A DNA stretch of 64,000 nt from Octopus vulgaris (GCA_951406725.2 OX597828.1:15934001-15998000); one strand, 5' to 3'; shown: positions 1 to 14,443, numbered from the stretch's first letter. Made by a program: numbers and translations. Notes: generated by a model from the sequence alone, not told the origin.

Positions 1-141
1 ACCACCATCCCCTGCCGGAGCTGCGTGGAGCTTTAGGTGTTTTCGCTCAATAAACACTCACAACGCCCGGTCTGGGAATCGAAACCGCGATCCTATGACC
101 GCGAGTCCGCTGCCCTAACCACTGGGCCATTGCGCCTCCAC
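1..141 (-). mobile_element. tRNA-derived SINE head, family C (runs off window start)
   Basis: Reverse complement reads GTGGAGGCGCAATGGCCCAGTGGTT (A-box-like) ... GGTTTCGATTCCC (B-box-like); near-identical heads at 25260-25413 and 39145-39280. Confidence 0.85.
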
Positions 142-1290
142 TTGAACTACATAAAATGTCGGAGAAAGAAACCTAGCTGTTTCTCGCAATAAATACATCC
201 CAAAGTAACATATTTTCAGGGACTCTTAGTATACTACTGGGGGGGGGCCCAATTAACTATTTTGCTTGCGTGGACCTCCCACCCCACAAATCTTACATGG
301 ATTCCGGGTGAGAACCGCTGGTTTAGATGTTGGCTATGAGGGTTGTGTGATCATTTGACAACTTAGTTGTGCTGGTTCTATCTTCGGAAAGTAAACCTCC
401 ATGGTTTGTTGTTGTTCTTTTACGCTTTCTGGCCAAAACTCAAATAAATAACTATACAGCCAGGTCTGTTGCATCCGAGGCCTCCTGCCCGGGGTACTGA
501 GTTGTGAGGCCTTCCTCTCAGCGCGCTTCACGGTGCACAGTTCTGGTATAGGCTTGTGGTCTTCTGGATTCATAAGGATTTGTATGTCCCCGACGACCCG
601 CCCGATCATACATTACTGAAAATTACGATATCATTGACCCCTGCTCTTATTATTTCAAGAATGCGACTACAAGCTAGGGTTCGAGCCCGTCACCAATGTT
701 CTTCATGGAGTCAAATGTTTTTCCTTAAATATTAGAGACCAGTTTATGGTGAGGTACAATATCTTTATCTTTATCTTTATCTAGTTTCAGCTCACAAGCT
801 GTGGCCATGCTGGGGCACCGCCATTATGCATAATTTAGTCTTGGAATTTAACCCCATTCTCTTTTTAAAAATGACACATACGGTGCCATAAGCCATCAGC
901 ATTCCCAATGACAGATTCTACTTAATATGTCTACCAAGGATGTAAATCCTCATTGAACGGAAGAACGGTCTTCGTGGTCTTGGCAAGGCACTGGCTTAAA
1001 TTATTCTCTTCCTCTCGCACGACTTTTTAATAGACCGTTGTAGGCTGGTGCCCGTCTTATGAACAAAATGTTGCAATGCTTTAGTTCTTTCAGCGAACTG
1101 TGTCACATCTAGGATTTTCTTGTTTAAAAGTACATTTCCGAATGATGATACTTGGTTACTGTTGGATACATTTTTATTTGACAAAGCAGTGTATGTATCT
1201 TTTTGTTTTTGTTGCCAACCGTGTTGTCTTTTATGCCATGTCTCTTTTGCAAATTTCTCAATTTTCTGCCATTTGTTTGTATGTTTATTA

Positions 1291-1430
<140 letters not shown>

Positions 1431-1788
1431 TTGGTTAATAGCTGTTTCGCTTTTTTCAATGTAATTTCTTTAGGTGGTGGTTCCGATACAACAATTCATT
1501 TTTAACTTGAAGTTAGACGTTAAGATAAAATGACAATATTATATAAAAAAAAAACAAAACCAAAAAAAACTTTCACCTTATTGTTTAGCCTCGGTACGGG
1601 GAAGACATTCCAAAAAATGTTCTATAATTGGCTTTGTTTGAAATAATATCTAAAGCGAAAATTAATTCATTTACTTAAACTTGAAAAGCTTTGAGAATTA
1701 TTAAAGCAAAATTTTTTAAAACACGTCTGAACGAAACCAATAGCAAAATAATAATGACGTTGAAAACGATTTTATGAAGATGCTGGTA

Positions 1789-1835
<47 letters not shown>

Positions 1836-2514
1836 AATTATGACAAGACGAATGATGACGAAAAAAATGGCGAAGAAGAAGAAAATGAAATGAAAAAAAA
1901 AGGCAAACGAAAATACGAAAATGGAAAAAAAAAGAAGAAAAATAGGAAGGTAAAATATGGAAAATGAAGAATGAGAAAATAAAGAGATAAAAAGAAGCAG
2001 AAAGTAAAAAAAAAATAGGAGAAAATGAAAAAGATAGAGAAAGAATATAGACGAACGAGAAGGAAAATGAAGAAAAGGAGGAAAGATAAGGAAGTATTAG
2101 AAATACAGACCAGAGGAACCGAATGTCAATAGAAGTGTTTGGTGCTTGTTTTTGGTGATGTTTGGTAAATTTCTAATTGATGACAGTTGCTAAGTTGGAT
2201 TAACTCTTGGGATAATGAAATGTGTTGGTATGTTGTTGAGGGTGGAAGGTGACTTTAGAGTGAAGTAGTGGTGTTTAGAGTGAGGTGTAGTTAGAAGGAG
2301 AATGTGAGGGGCTGAGAAAGAGAGACAGAATGTGAAAGAGGTAGTGTGTTAGACTTTTTTTATTGTGGTAATATATATAGATTAAGATAGAGAAAAAGTG
2401 GAGCGGGGTGAAAGAGCGTATCTAGTCTTTATTCTGAAGAGGGGAGATAATGTAGAGGCAAATATGCCAGTCGCAGAATTGCGAATGAAAAGTCGAGTGA
2501 AGGAGTGATATAGA

Positions 2515-2881
2515 TGGGAGGAGAAGAGAGAGGAGAGAGAGAAGGAGAGAGAGAAGGAGAGAGAGAAAGAGAGAGAGAGAAGGAGAGAGAGAGAAAGAGA
2601 GAGAAGGAGAGAGAGAAAGAGAGAGAGAAAGAGAGAGGGGAGAGAGAAAGAGAGAGAGAAGGAGAGAGAGAAGGAGAGAGAGAAAGAGAGAAAGAGAGTG
2701 AAGGAGAGATAGAAAGAGAGAGAGAGAGAAAGAGAGAGAGAGAAAGAAAGAGAGAGAAGGAGAGAGAGAAAGAGAGAGAGAGAGAAAGAGAGAGAGAGAA
2801 GGAGAGAGAGACAGAGAGAGAGAGAAAGAGAGAGAGAGAAGGAGAGATAGAGAAAGAGAAGGAGAGATAGAGACAGAGAAG

Positions 2882-2929
<48 letters not shown>
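2515..2929. repeat. Degenerate (GA)n polypurine tract
   Basis: About 400 bp of GAGA/GAAG repeats. Confidence 0.95.
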
Positions 2930-2932
<3 letters not shown>

Positions 2933-3329
2933 TGAATAGTGTGGGAGATGGTACAAATTGTATGGGAGGTGTATGTGTAGTGTGGAGATTGGATGATATG
3001 AAAGGGAAGTGTAAACTGGGGGCTAAGTTTGCAGCAAGGAAAAGTCTCGGTTGAAATGGACGAGGCGTCAGACGAGAAAAAGAAAAACATGCAATAACAC
3101 AGACAAAACAAGATGGAAGGCAAAGAGAATGGGCCCACAGTCTTGACTACAGTATCAGCTGGATGCGAGGACGGTGAATGCAGGAAAAGAAAATCTGGAC
3201 TCAAATAGTAATCAGAATTGTAAAGACATGATTGCATACAGAAGAAAGTGTTGTAGTCTATAGAAAGACATAGGAAGCGTGAAGAGGGTAGAAATAATTG
3301 CTTTAGATACAAGAGTAGCAGTTTTGAGT

Positions 3330-3725
3330 GGAGCAAACAGATCGATATAATCGAACCCTTTACTTGACTGTTGCTTTATTTTATCGGCCCCGAAAGGACG
3401 AAAGGCAAGGTTGACATCAGCGGGATTTGAACTCAGAACGTAAAGAACCAGAAGAAACACGGTGAAGCATTTTTCCTGATGTTCTAAAAATTATGTCAAT
3501 CCACAACCCTAAATAATAATGATTTCAAATTTTGGCACAAGGCCAGCAATTTCGGGGTAGGGAGTAAGTCGATTACATGCTCAACTAGTACCTATTTTAT
3601 TGACCCTGAAAAGATGGAAGGCAAAATCAACCTGAACGGAACTCGTATTCAAAACGTAAACACGGAAAAAATGCCACAAAGCATTTTGTCCGGCGTGCTA
3701 ACGATCCTGGCAGCTTGCCGTCTTG
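3330..3725 (-). mobile_element. Two degenerate tandem copies of SINE family A
   Basis: Diagnostic CCCGAAAGGA.GAAAGGCAAAGT...GAATTTGAACTCAGAACGTAA motif present twice. Confidence 0.75.
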
Positions 3726-3803
3726 TGCCTAAATGATAATTAGCAAGACCCGTGGAAACTTCACGACTCAAGTCAGCATATTTGAAAACATTATATTAAA
3801 TGT

Positions 3804-3862
<59 letters not shown>

Positions 3863-4119
3863 CCCCCTCTCTCTCTCCCCCTCCCTTCTCTATATGTTTC
3901 TCCATTAGAGCTATTACCTCCCTTGGCCTAAGCGCAACACACGGACAAAACAGCCAGATGCGGAGACAAAATCATAGTTGTTTCTCATCCGTTATGGAGA
4001 CAAGGCCTGATATTTTTTTAGGGAAAAGGGGTTCGTTGAACACATTGATCCCAGTTATCAGGTGGTACTTATTTCTTTCGAGGTGTCGACGCCGAAAGAA
4101 CGAAAGGTCCAGTTGACCC

Positions 4120-4440
4120 CGGAGCATGGCTCAGTGGTTAGGATATCTGGCTCGCGATGGTAGGGTCGTGAGTTCGATTCCTGGCAGCGTGTTGTGTTCT
4201 TGAGCAAGACATTTGATTTCTAGTTGCTCCAAGTACACTCTGCTGGCAGAAATGAGCTGCACCTGTAATTCAAAGGGCCAGCCTTGTCACACTCGGTGTG
4301 TCACGGTGAATTTCTCTGATTAAGGGTATGCGTTTCTTTGAAGAGCTCAGCCACTTTCACGTTAATTTCACGAGCAGGCTGTTCCGCTGATCGAACCATC
4401 TGGAACAACACTCGTCGTCGTAACCGACTGAGAGCCGGGC
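4120..4440 (+). mobile_element. tRNA-derived SINE, head D + tail X
   Basis: A box TGGCTCAGTGG, B box GAGTTCGATTCC, CORE-like TGTGTTCTTGAGCAAGACA, tail TTCACGAGCAGGCTGTTCCG...CTCGTCGTCGTAACCGAC. Confidence 0.8.
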
Positions 4441-4444
4441 CAAT

Positions 4445-4930
<486 letters not shown>

Positions 4931-5495
4931 TGGGTGGAGCTTAAAAAAAAAATATATATACAACAGTTGACAGCTACAATATTTATTGGTGTTGCACGTG
5001 AGACGGAATAGTACGATGATTCATATGTACAAATTGCAGATAAGAAATGTGACTAAACCATAGAATGATAAAAATACAACAGAAACCCCCCAAGAAAACA
5101 AGACCTACATGAACTGCGCAGCAGGAGGGCACGCTAATTATGTAGCGTTATATATGCAATGTATACACAAACTGCATAAAGCAAAATGCGATCACGTAGT
5201 ATGGATACACAAACATATACGTATAATTATATATAACGCAAGACAAACCATATACATACGTACGTGCATGCATACATACATACATACATACATACATACA
5301 TACATACATACATACATACACACATATAAACGCACACATGCACACACATACACACGCAAACACATTGTATCTTGGGACGGTCATTACGGTAGTAATATTA
5401 AATATACGCACCGGTTTAATTTCACTCCTTTGTTGTGTAAGCACAAGATCACATGAGGAATTTTGCAAACCAAAAACGAAATATACATACACTCA

Positions 5496-5568
<73 letters not shown>

Positions 5569-5670
5569 TTATTTATTTATATTTATATACATACATACAC
5601 ACACATACATACATACATATATATATATACACACATATATGTATCTGATTACCCAAATTGAATTGATATT

Positions 5671-5702
<32 letters not shown>

Positions 5703-5732
5703 CATATATATATATATATTTACACACACACA

Positions 5733-5817
<85 letters not shown>

Positions 5818-6204
5818 ATGGGCTTCTTTCAGTTTCCGTCGGTCAAATCCATTCACTTGGCTTTGGTCAGTCAGGGTCTATAGTAGAGGACACCTGTCCA
5901 AGGTGTCACGCGATAGAACTGAACCCAGAATCATGTGAATGGGATATCCCTAATTCCTAATTCCTTCTCTTAATCCCGACACATTTACCACTGCTCCCAA
6001 CGCCCCTTCACAACTTTTGCCAGGTCAGCCAATGGCAATCAACAGCCTTTTGCATTTCCATTCCATTTTCTCTTTCTGTCTTCTCTATACTAAGCAGTGG
6101 CTTTCATCCAGGGTCCATATTAATCCCAGGGATCCTTATAAGAGTTTTGTGGGGTGCAGGCTAGCGAAATAGTAAATAGGGAATCCAGTGATATTTTAAG
6201 TGTT

Positions 6205-6525
6205 TATAATAAATAATAATAATAATAATAATTGTGTACAGTGCTCAGGTGCACTACAACTCATCTAAAGTGTATATATAATCAGGTGTAGTTTCGGCGG
6301 ATTTCGGAAAGCATGAGGGCCTTAAAGGATGCAGTGTCATGGCAGTCAACAACTGACGCAGGCAGTTTATTCCATGCTTCAGCAACTCTGAGCGTGAAAA
6401 AATGTTTCCGAAAGTCATGGGAGCTGTGTTGTTTTCTGACTTTGTAGGCATGTCCACGTGTGTTAGACACATGGAGATCAAAAAGGTGTTCAGTGTTGTT
6501 GTTGGTGAGGTGGTTGATAACTTAT
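6205..6525 (-). mobile_element. 5'-truncated CR1-clade LINE, ORF2 C-terminus and 3' tail
   Basis: ORF 6282-6470 reads TRGHAYKV...FRKHFFTLRVAEAWNKLPASVV...SFK, matching the CR1 C-terminal pattern TRGH..K...FF..RV...WN.LP..VV; ends in a (TAT)n tail. Confidence 0.85.
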
Positions 6526-7011
6526 GTAAAGGTTTGATTGAAATGTTTTTATTACAAGAAACAGTCAGGTTTATTCCTTAATCGTTTTAGAGAATTCATC
6601 CTACACAAGGGAATGCGTGATTAACAAAATTGGATTTTGGAAAAAAGTCTATCCCAAACTAGTTTTTAGATATATATAATGGCAATGCAGTTCCACCAGA
6701 TTAAAATAGTAACCAAAAAGGACCATAGATACAAATGGTCAAGAACCACAGGTCTAAATATTAACTTTTCGATCACCAATCTCAACAGTTTCCTTCTTGT
6801 CTACTCATTACAATTTTCTTTACACACCTGAGTATTCCAGAGTATATATACCTGTAATTATATACCTGTAATGAATTTTCAAAGCCCATTCGTTTCAAAC
6901 CTTCACTCATCTTATCTTATACATATATAAATCCCGAATTTAATGATTTATCTTCTTTACTCTGATGACTTCGAAATTCAGAAGAAACACAAGTTTGGTA
7001 AGCACCATCAT

Positions 7012-7269
7012 CAGTAGTTTTCAACCATTTTTTGACCCTTTGAATCATATTTTACTCAACTGGACCCTAATTCACATTCGATCTTTAACAATGTCCCATC
7101 ATATTTTTATAATTAAATATTATTAGGAATAGTATAAAAAGAAAAAGTTGAAATATTTTGTGAATTGTAGATGCATAACGAACGTATTGCACATACATTT
7201 TTAACAGCAAAATCATATGTGAACCCCTAAAGGCCGAGTGTACCTCGGTGGAGAAGCTGAGAACCACTG
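7012..7269. mobile_element. Possible hAT-type MITE
   Basis: Ends CAGTAGTTTTCAAC / GCTGAGAACCACTG are imperfect TIRs of the CAGTGGTTCTCAAC type; no clear 8-bp TSD. Confidence 0.45.
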
Positions 7270-7300
7270 ATCTAAATAAACACATACGCATATATAAGAG

Positions 7301-7360
<60 letters not shown>

Positions 7361-7459
7361 GTACTGAGAGAGAGGGTGAACAAATATTGAGCGAAAGATT
7401 GAAATTAGAAACAGAAAATGAATATACAGCCGTACATATAAACACACAGTACGCGTTTA

Positions 7460-7506
<47 letters not shown>

Positions 7507-7508
<2 letters not shown>

Positions 7509-7721
7509 TCTTTACTCTTTTACTTGTTTCAGTTATGTGACTGTGGCCATGCTGGAGTACAGCCTTTAGTCGAGCAAATCGCCCCCAGGACTTATTCTTT
7601 GTAAGCCTAGTACTTATTCTATCGATCTCTTTTGCCGAACCGCTGCATTACGGAGATGTAAACACACCAGCATCGGTTGTCAAGCGATGTTGTGGGGGAG
7701 GGGACAAGCACAGACACACAA

Positions 7722-7788
<67 letters not shown>

Positions 7789-7898
7789 GGACAGGCTTCT
7801 TTCAGTTTCCTTCTACCAAATCCACTCATAAGGCTTTGGTCAGCCCGAGGCTATAGTAGAAGACACTTGCTCAAGGTACCACGCAGTGGGACTGAACT
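7507..7898 (-). mobile_element. SINE family B (CORE-like, internal (TG)/(TA) microsatellite)
   Basis: Tail TTTTACTTGTTTCAGT...GGCCATGCTGGAG, body CCTTCTACCAAATCCACTCA, head ACGCAGTGGGACTGAAC. Confidence 0.85.
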
Positions 7899-7950
<52 letters not shown>

Positions 7951-7959
<9 letters not shown>

Positions 7960-8198
7960 GTATATGTAAAAAAATACAAACTGGGACAAGAACGCAAAAC
8001 ATTTAGAAGACGATACAAAAAAACACGGACGGGACATTCGAAGCCTTCAATCTTCAGTCAAGAACCGGATCATCCTCGCAATTTCGGCTGATTAATCTCG
8101 AGACTGCTCCGATCTGGCCGGCCCCAAAGGAAAATCTAAGCCAAGCGCATTAGATTAATGTCCCAGTTTGTATCTTTTTACATATACATATATATATA
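7951..8198. mobile_element. Fold-back element, putative Penelope-like terminal repeat with inverted end, in (TA)n
   Basis: About 38-bp inverted ends (TATGTATATGTAAAAAAATACAAACTGGGACA / TGTCCCAGTTTGTATCTTTTTACATATACATA); body homologous to 61625-61815. Confidence 0.6.
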
Positions 8199-8221
8199 GC
8201 GGCGCCCGTACCCTTTTTGGT

Positions 8222-8278
<57 letters not shown>

Positions 8279-9064
8279 GTATATATATGTATATATGAAT
8301 GTATATATATATATATATATGAATGTATATATATACGTATGTATATATATACTGATTTTCTAGGTTCAAGGCCAAATGTTTTATAAGTTATAGCATAGAA
8401 TTGAATGACATTCATGGCTTTTTCAAGGACATCAGAATAATTGCTTACACAAACACACACATATAAAGACACATTAATACAAACACACATGTATGCATGC
8501 ATGTATGTATGTATGTATGTATGTATGTATGTATGTATGTATGTTTGTATGTATATTTGTATAGTAGCTCGCACACGTAGGCATACCCATACAAGGGCAT
8601 ATTTTTATAAATATCGTGAAATCTCGATATCCAATTTTAATGGTTAAAGCTTGTGTGTAATAAGATCGTAAAGAAAATATAGGTCTTTCTCAGCTGGAGT
8701 TGTGTGTGTGTATGTGTGTGTGTGTGTGTGTGCGTGTATGTGCGTGTGTGAGTGTCTTCCTGCGCACGTGCTCGCATGTGTATATATATATGTATATGTA
8801 TATATATATGCATGTATTTATGTATATGTGTGTATGCATATGTGTGTATATACATGTGCATATATATATATATCTGTGTGTGCGTCAATGCATGTTTGCA
8901 CAAGCATGCATACACACACACTCGCTTATATATATATATGTATATATATATATATACATATAGGTAGATACATAGATAGATAGATAGACAGATAGATGCA
9001 GAGATAGTGAAAGAGAGAGGATATCTATATCTATCTCTATATATATACATACATATACATATAT

Positions 9065-9140
<76 letters not shown>

Positions 9141-9155
9141 ATATGTATATATGTA

Positions 9156-9283
<128 letters not shown>

Positions 9284-9629
9284 AAGTGAACAGGGATGAA
9301 GCAGAATCCTTCATGACAGAAAAAATGAATTTACACATGGTTATTATGGAAATGTTCCTGTAATAATAATTGGCGAAGTTACTCTGAAAGAGGATAATTT
9401 GGAGCAGACACACTGACTCATAGCCAATGGTTCTGCCAGCAAATTAACCAGACTTTAATATCTGTAGAGAGTAATTTGCTCCTGTTCATTATCACTTACG
9501 TATGTATGTTCTGATCTATTTTGAATAATTACAAATCTTTCTGTAAGGAAGGAGCTGTTTTGTGACAAAGATACAAAATTCCATCATTGGGATGTAGATG
9601 ACAAAATCAGTGTCACGTGGTAAATTTCA

Positions 9630-9660
<31 letters not shown>

Positions 9661-9758
9661 CGCGTGTGTGTGTGTGTGTGTATGTGTGTGTGTGTGTATG
9701 TGTGTGTGTATGTGTGTGCGTGTGTGTGTTCCGCTTATACGATTTATTCATGTATGTA

Positions 9759-9976
9759 CAAAGGGGTGCTGAAAAGTTGCTGGTTTTAAGGGTATCGTAG
9801 AAAGCCCTGGCGAAGGTTCAATCTTCCGAGTTCCTTTACGGAGCTTAGAAAAACTGAAGGGCCACTGCAACAAGTGTGTGAATCTAAGAGGGGAAATATG
9901 TTGAATAAAATCGCAATTAACTGATCCTCCTATATTTTCTTTTACCCAAAGCCAGGCCCTCTTCAGCCTCTCCTCG
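9759..9976 (+). mobile_element. Internally deleted mariner element (MITE)
   Basis: TA-flanked TIRs CAAAGGGGTGCTGAAAAGTTGCTGG / CCAGGCCCTCTTCAGCCTCTCCTCG; internal LEKLKGHCNKCVNLR..EYVE* resembles the mariner transposase C-terminus (KL..RW.KC....G.Y.E). Confidence 0.75.
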
Positions 9977-10289
9977 TATATATATGTTCTCTTCTATTTT
10001 TAATTATTTGAGGTTCTCCTGTAAGTAAAAAGCTCGTTTTTAACGAAGATGCAAAGCTCCATCGTTTGAACGTAGATAACAAAATCAATGTCACATGTTA
10101 AATTTCAGAAAAGTCTTGCATATTTTAACTGTTCCTCTCATAGATTATATTTGTTGTGTATGAATATACGTTCTCTTCTATTTTCAATTATTTGACGTCA
10201 TCCCGTAAGTAAGGAGCTGGTTTCTAACAAAGATGCAAAGCTTCATCGTTTGAACCTAGTTAGCGAAAGCAATGTCACATGCTAAACTT

Positions 10290-10870
10290 GAGTAAAGGTG
10301 ATTTTGACCTCAGTGTAATTTGAACCCAGAGCTTAGAGAATCGGAGCAGTTGCCGCAAAACATATTCCTCGGTCCTCTAACAGCTGGGCCAATAGATTGA
10401 TAAATGTTTAGTGATTCCTGAAAGGCTGAAGGGTGTTGTTGAGATCGGCATAATTCGAAGCTCAGTGAGTACCACAAGTACACTTTCTCGATCTTCCAGC
10501 AACTGCTTCAATCCAAAGCTCTAGATTGGTGCCCCTTTATTGACCCCGTAAAGATAAAAGGTGAAGTTGGCCTTGGTATGATTTGAACTCAGAATGCAGG
10601 GCCTCAGAACAAAAACCGTGAGTCATTCTATCCAACGCACTAACGATTCGGACAATTCGCCTCCTTATTGCTGTATTTAACATGATTTCTAAGATAGCAC
10701 AGAAAGATAAATATTAGAATGAAGAAGGATTAGTGGATGGGTGTTTGGGCATCCTTATGATTACCTTCAATTATTGAGTAATTAATTTGTAATTATTTTA
10801 ATTACCACAGGAAGAATGAAAGACAAACTCAACCTAGACAGGATTTGAACTTAAATCATAAACTCGCGTA
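10290..10870 (-). mobile_element. Cluster of old SINE family A fragments
   Basis: Repeated AAAG...TTTGAAC(T/C)CAGA motifs at about 10320, 10580 and 10845. Confidence 0.55.
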
Positions 10871-12279
10871 ACTAAACATAACGAGGTCATTAGAACACAT
10901 TGGATAATGTGGCCCTGAGCGCACTGTGTTTGGTATAAAAACGGGATGTTCATAACTGGAACGTCTTTGAACTCAAGTCTACTTAACCAGGTCTTATACA
11001 GCTACTTCTCCTCATCCATAATACTGTTATTCACAATCAACGCCACTACATTACTTATACTTCTATATAAATTGCTCTCTTTTAAGTATTAGCAAATAAG
11101 TAAAAGCGTTTCCTTGAGGAGGCAAAATAAAACTGAAACACGTGTCAACTTACCTCAGTTGACATTAAAAGCAAGATTATCTCACATTTTAACTGGTTTT
11201 GTTTTTCAAACATTTCAATTATCTGATTGTATTAAAGTTACCTATCATATTTACTTAAGTTCATATATTTTAAAAATACCTTCGGAGGGTGTTTTCGCTT
11301 ACTAATTACGTAGATAATTTCGGTCGAAGTTTTCCAACTCATTATATAGCATAAATGAAACTCTGTCGAATGTGTATATATTATACAGTACGGTTCCCTG
11401 TGGTACTTTCTCTGAACCATATCGTGTATAGTGTATCTGGAACTAGATTATCTAAAGTGCGTGAGAGAAAACGAAAGTGAAAATATGCATGTGCGCACGC
11501 GCGTGTGAATGAATATGTGTGTATGTGTGAATGTGTATGTGTTAATGTTTGTGTATGTACGTGTATGTATACCAGTTCGTGTGTGTGTGTGTCTGTGTGT
11601 GTGAGCGTGTGTGTGTGTATATATATATAGATATATACATAGATATGCGTATGAATGTGTCTTGTGTGAATGTATGCGTGAATGTGTGTTTGAATATATG
11701 TATTTCTATTTATTTGTGAATGTGTGTGTGCGCGCGTAGATGGATGTGTGTATATATATGTATAAGCATTTATTTGGGAATTGTGTGTGTGTGTTTGTGC
11801 GTGTGTGCCAGCAGTGATGTGTTGCATTTGCGTAATGTGTGTGTATGCGTGAATATGTATATGTGTGTGAACGTATGTGTGACTGTGTGTACATTGTATG
11901 TGTCTGTGTATGTAAATGTGCGTATGTATATACGTGTATATATGTGGATGTGTATAAATATAGGTGTAAATGTGTGTGCATGGGCTGTGTAAAAAGAAGG
12001 AAAAACACACCACTAATTCATATACAGGTCGATTATTCTCTTTAATTAAAAATTAAATATAAGCTAATCAATAACATGAGCTTTTTTTAATCATTTAATT
12101 AAATTAAATAGATCGATATAAAATTGAATGCCTCAAACTGAACATTCATTAGAAACCGATGTGAGGGTGTGATATAAGGGAGAGTTGGCTGTTATGTCTA
12201 ACAGGTCGTGAAACCTGCTAGAAATAGCAGCCGATTTGATGGAAATAAAAATAGGATTATTAATAAATATCGTATAGCG

Positions 12280-12670
12280 TTTCCTTCTTTCAGTCATTGG
12301 ACTGCGACCATGCTGGGGCAACCGTCAAGAGTTTCAGTCGAATAAATAAGTACCCCCCCCCCCCCAGTACTTATTTTGCTTTAATGCCTATACTTATACT
12401 ATTGGCTCTCTTTTGCCGAACTGCTAAGTTACGGGGAGGTAAACAAACCGACAACGATTGTCAAGCGTTGGGGGACAAAGTCACACACCCTCTCTCTCTC
12501 TCTCACACACACACATGCACACACTCACACACACACATATATGCGTCAGGCTTTCAGCTTTCGTCTAACAAATCCACGCTCATGACATTAGTCGACCAAC
12601 GTGCCACGCAGTTGGAGATTGAACCCAGAAACATGTGGTTGGGAGCAAACTTCTTACTTCACTGCCATAT
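12280..12670 (-). mobile_element. SINE family B, degenerate
   Basis: Same tail/body/head order as 22315-22750. Confidence 0.75.
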
Positions 12671-12767
12671 GCTTCATTTATGTGTTATTGTTAAAACATA
12701 TAATTTCTCACCCTGTTTATTTTATTTTATGATATTTTATTATTTTTTAAAGATTATATTTGCAATA

Positions 12768-13107
12768 TGTGAAGGTACATGACTCAGTGGTTGGAGCATC
12801 GGGCTCACAATCGTGAGGTAGTGTGTTCGAATCCCGGACCGAGCTGTGTGTTGTGTTCTTGAGCAAGACACTTTATTTCACGTTGCTCCAGTTAACTCAT
12901 CCGTAGAAATGTGTTGCGACGTCACTGGTGCCAAGCTGTATCGGCCCCTTTGCCTTTCTCTTGGACACCATCGGTGACGTGAAGAAGGAAAACTGGTATT
13001 CATGGGCGACTACTGGTCTTCTACAAACAGCCTTGCCCGGACTTGTGCCTCCGAGGGTAATTTTCTAGGTGCAATCTCATGGTCATTAATGACCGAAGGG
13101 GTCTTTA
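12768..13107 (+). mobile_element. SINE head D + tail Y
   Basis: GACTCAGTGGTT...GTTCGAATCCC, TGTGTTCTTGAGCAAGACACTTT, tail GCGACGTCACTGGTGCCAAGCTGTATC...GACCGAAGGGG. Confidence 0.85.
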
Positions 13108-13289
13108 CCCATTCTTTATTTATAATATATTAATAATACCCTTGGTGTCACAATAAGGACGAGGAAGATGAGAACCGCAATAGGTAACACTACCAGACAG
13201 GGTGGCTTTAACTTTAGCTTTGTATTGATACTCTATCTTAGGTCGTTTCGTCCTGCTTAGAGCATTAGGCGGCACCTGGGCTCGATTCT

Positions 13290-14075
13290 GAGTGCTAAAG
13301 CCACAATTAAGATCGGAAATTGGAATATATGAATGGTGCAGCAAACTGGAAGACTTGACCTAAATATTGAGAGATTTTGATAGGCAAAAGTTGGACATCT
13401 CGGCCTTAATTGAAATGTGATGGACAGTTTGCAGAAGCTGGTACGATTCTCATCTATAAGGCGGCGAGCTGGCAGAATCGTTAGCACGCCGGGCGAAATG
13501 CTTAGCGGTATTTCGTCTGCTGCTACGTTCTGAGTTCAAGTTCCGCCGAGGTCAACTTTGCCTTTCATCCTTTCGGGGTCGATTAAATAAGTACCAGTCA
13601 CGCACTGGGTCAATATAATCGACTCAATCCGTTTGTCTGTCCTTGTTCGTCCCCTCTGTGTGTAGCTCCTTGTGGGCAGTAAAGAAATGAGACTCTCATC
13701 TATTCCGGTCAGGAGGTCCAGTGCGCGTACAGAGTTGGCACGGTAGCCACGAACAAATCATTACTGTAAGATTTCGATCACGGCACGCAACGACCACCTT
13801 TGGACAGGCCGAGGCGTCAACTGTCGACGTTGACGATGCAACAAAAAGTGCTGCTTACAGGTAGCCTCGGATCTGCGATCAAAATGCGCAGCTCGACAAC
13901 AACATTTAGGGTGTGGGACGTGTCATGAGGCCCTTAATTTTTTTGGCCGTGCGCAATGAAACAATTGACAACGGTGAACCGCTGCGACTTTTCTGCAACA
14001 TCAATGATCTGAGCATCTCTAACACCTATTTCTAGTATACGTTCGTTCCAGGAATGACCTGGTGTTCGTTCGCCT
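13290..14075 (+). mobile_element. Decayed RTE-clade LINE, AP-endonuclease region, interrupted by a SINE
   Basis: Hand translation gives IKIGNWNI*..., LIYSGQ and IDNGEPLRLFCNINDLSISNTYF*...MTWCS, matching RTE endonuclease motifs IGTWNV, L.YSG and NDNG..L..FC..N.L.I.NT.F...TW.S. Confidence 0.7.
13458..13693 (+). mobile_element. Full-length SINE family A with 10-bp TSD
   Basis: GGCGGCGAGCTGGCAGAATCG...GAGTTCAAGTTCC...GCCTTTCATCCTTTCGGGGTCGA; TCTCATCTAT duplicated at 13448-13457 and 13694-13703. Confidence 0.9.
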
Positions 14076-14443
14076 GAGAGTTACATGATTGTTGGGGAAG
14101 TGTTATATATAAAGTGAAATATAAAACGCAAACCTAATCCGTTAATTCATTTCATGTTAACAATGTAAATTTAACGTTAAAAATCAACATCTTAATTAAA
14201 TGCTTTTACTTAAAATTCTATTGTTTTCTTATTGGATGTTGATTTTAATGACATTAAACTATGCAAATGTAAATACTTTTATGCCGTGCATATGATGCGT
14301 TAATTTAAATCTATAATTTAAATTTTTCTAGTTATTTATGTAATTACTATTACTTTCAGAGCTAATATACATACATACATACAAACTTACGCACGTACAT
14401 ACATACATACATATAAATACACAGACAGACAGACAGACAGACA

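Noticed and set aside
334-609. 91-aa minus-strand ORF, and the 105-aa ORF at 32274-32591
   Set aside because: No recognisable domain; may be decayed retroelement ORF1 pieces but cannot be supported by eye.
2950-3320. Possible Penelope RT remnant on the minus strand
   Set aside because: Too degenerate to confirm any motif.
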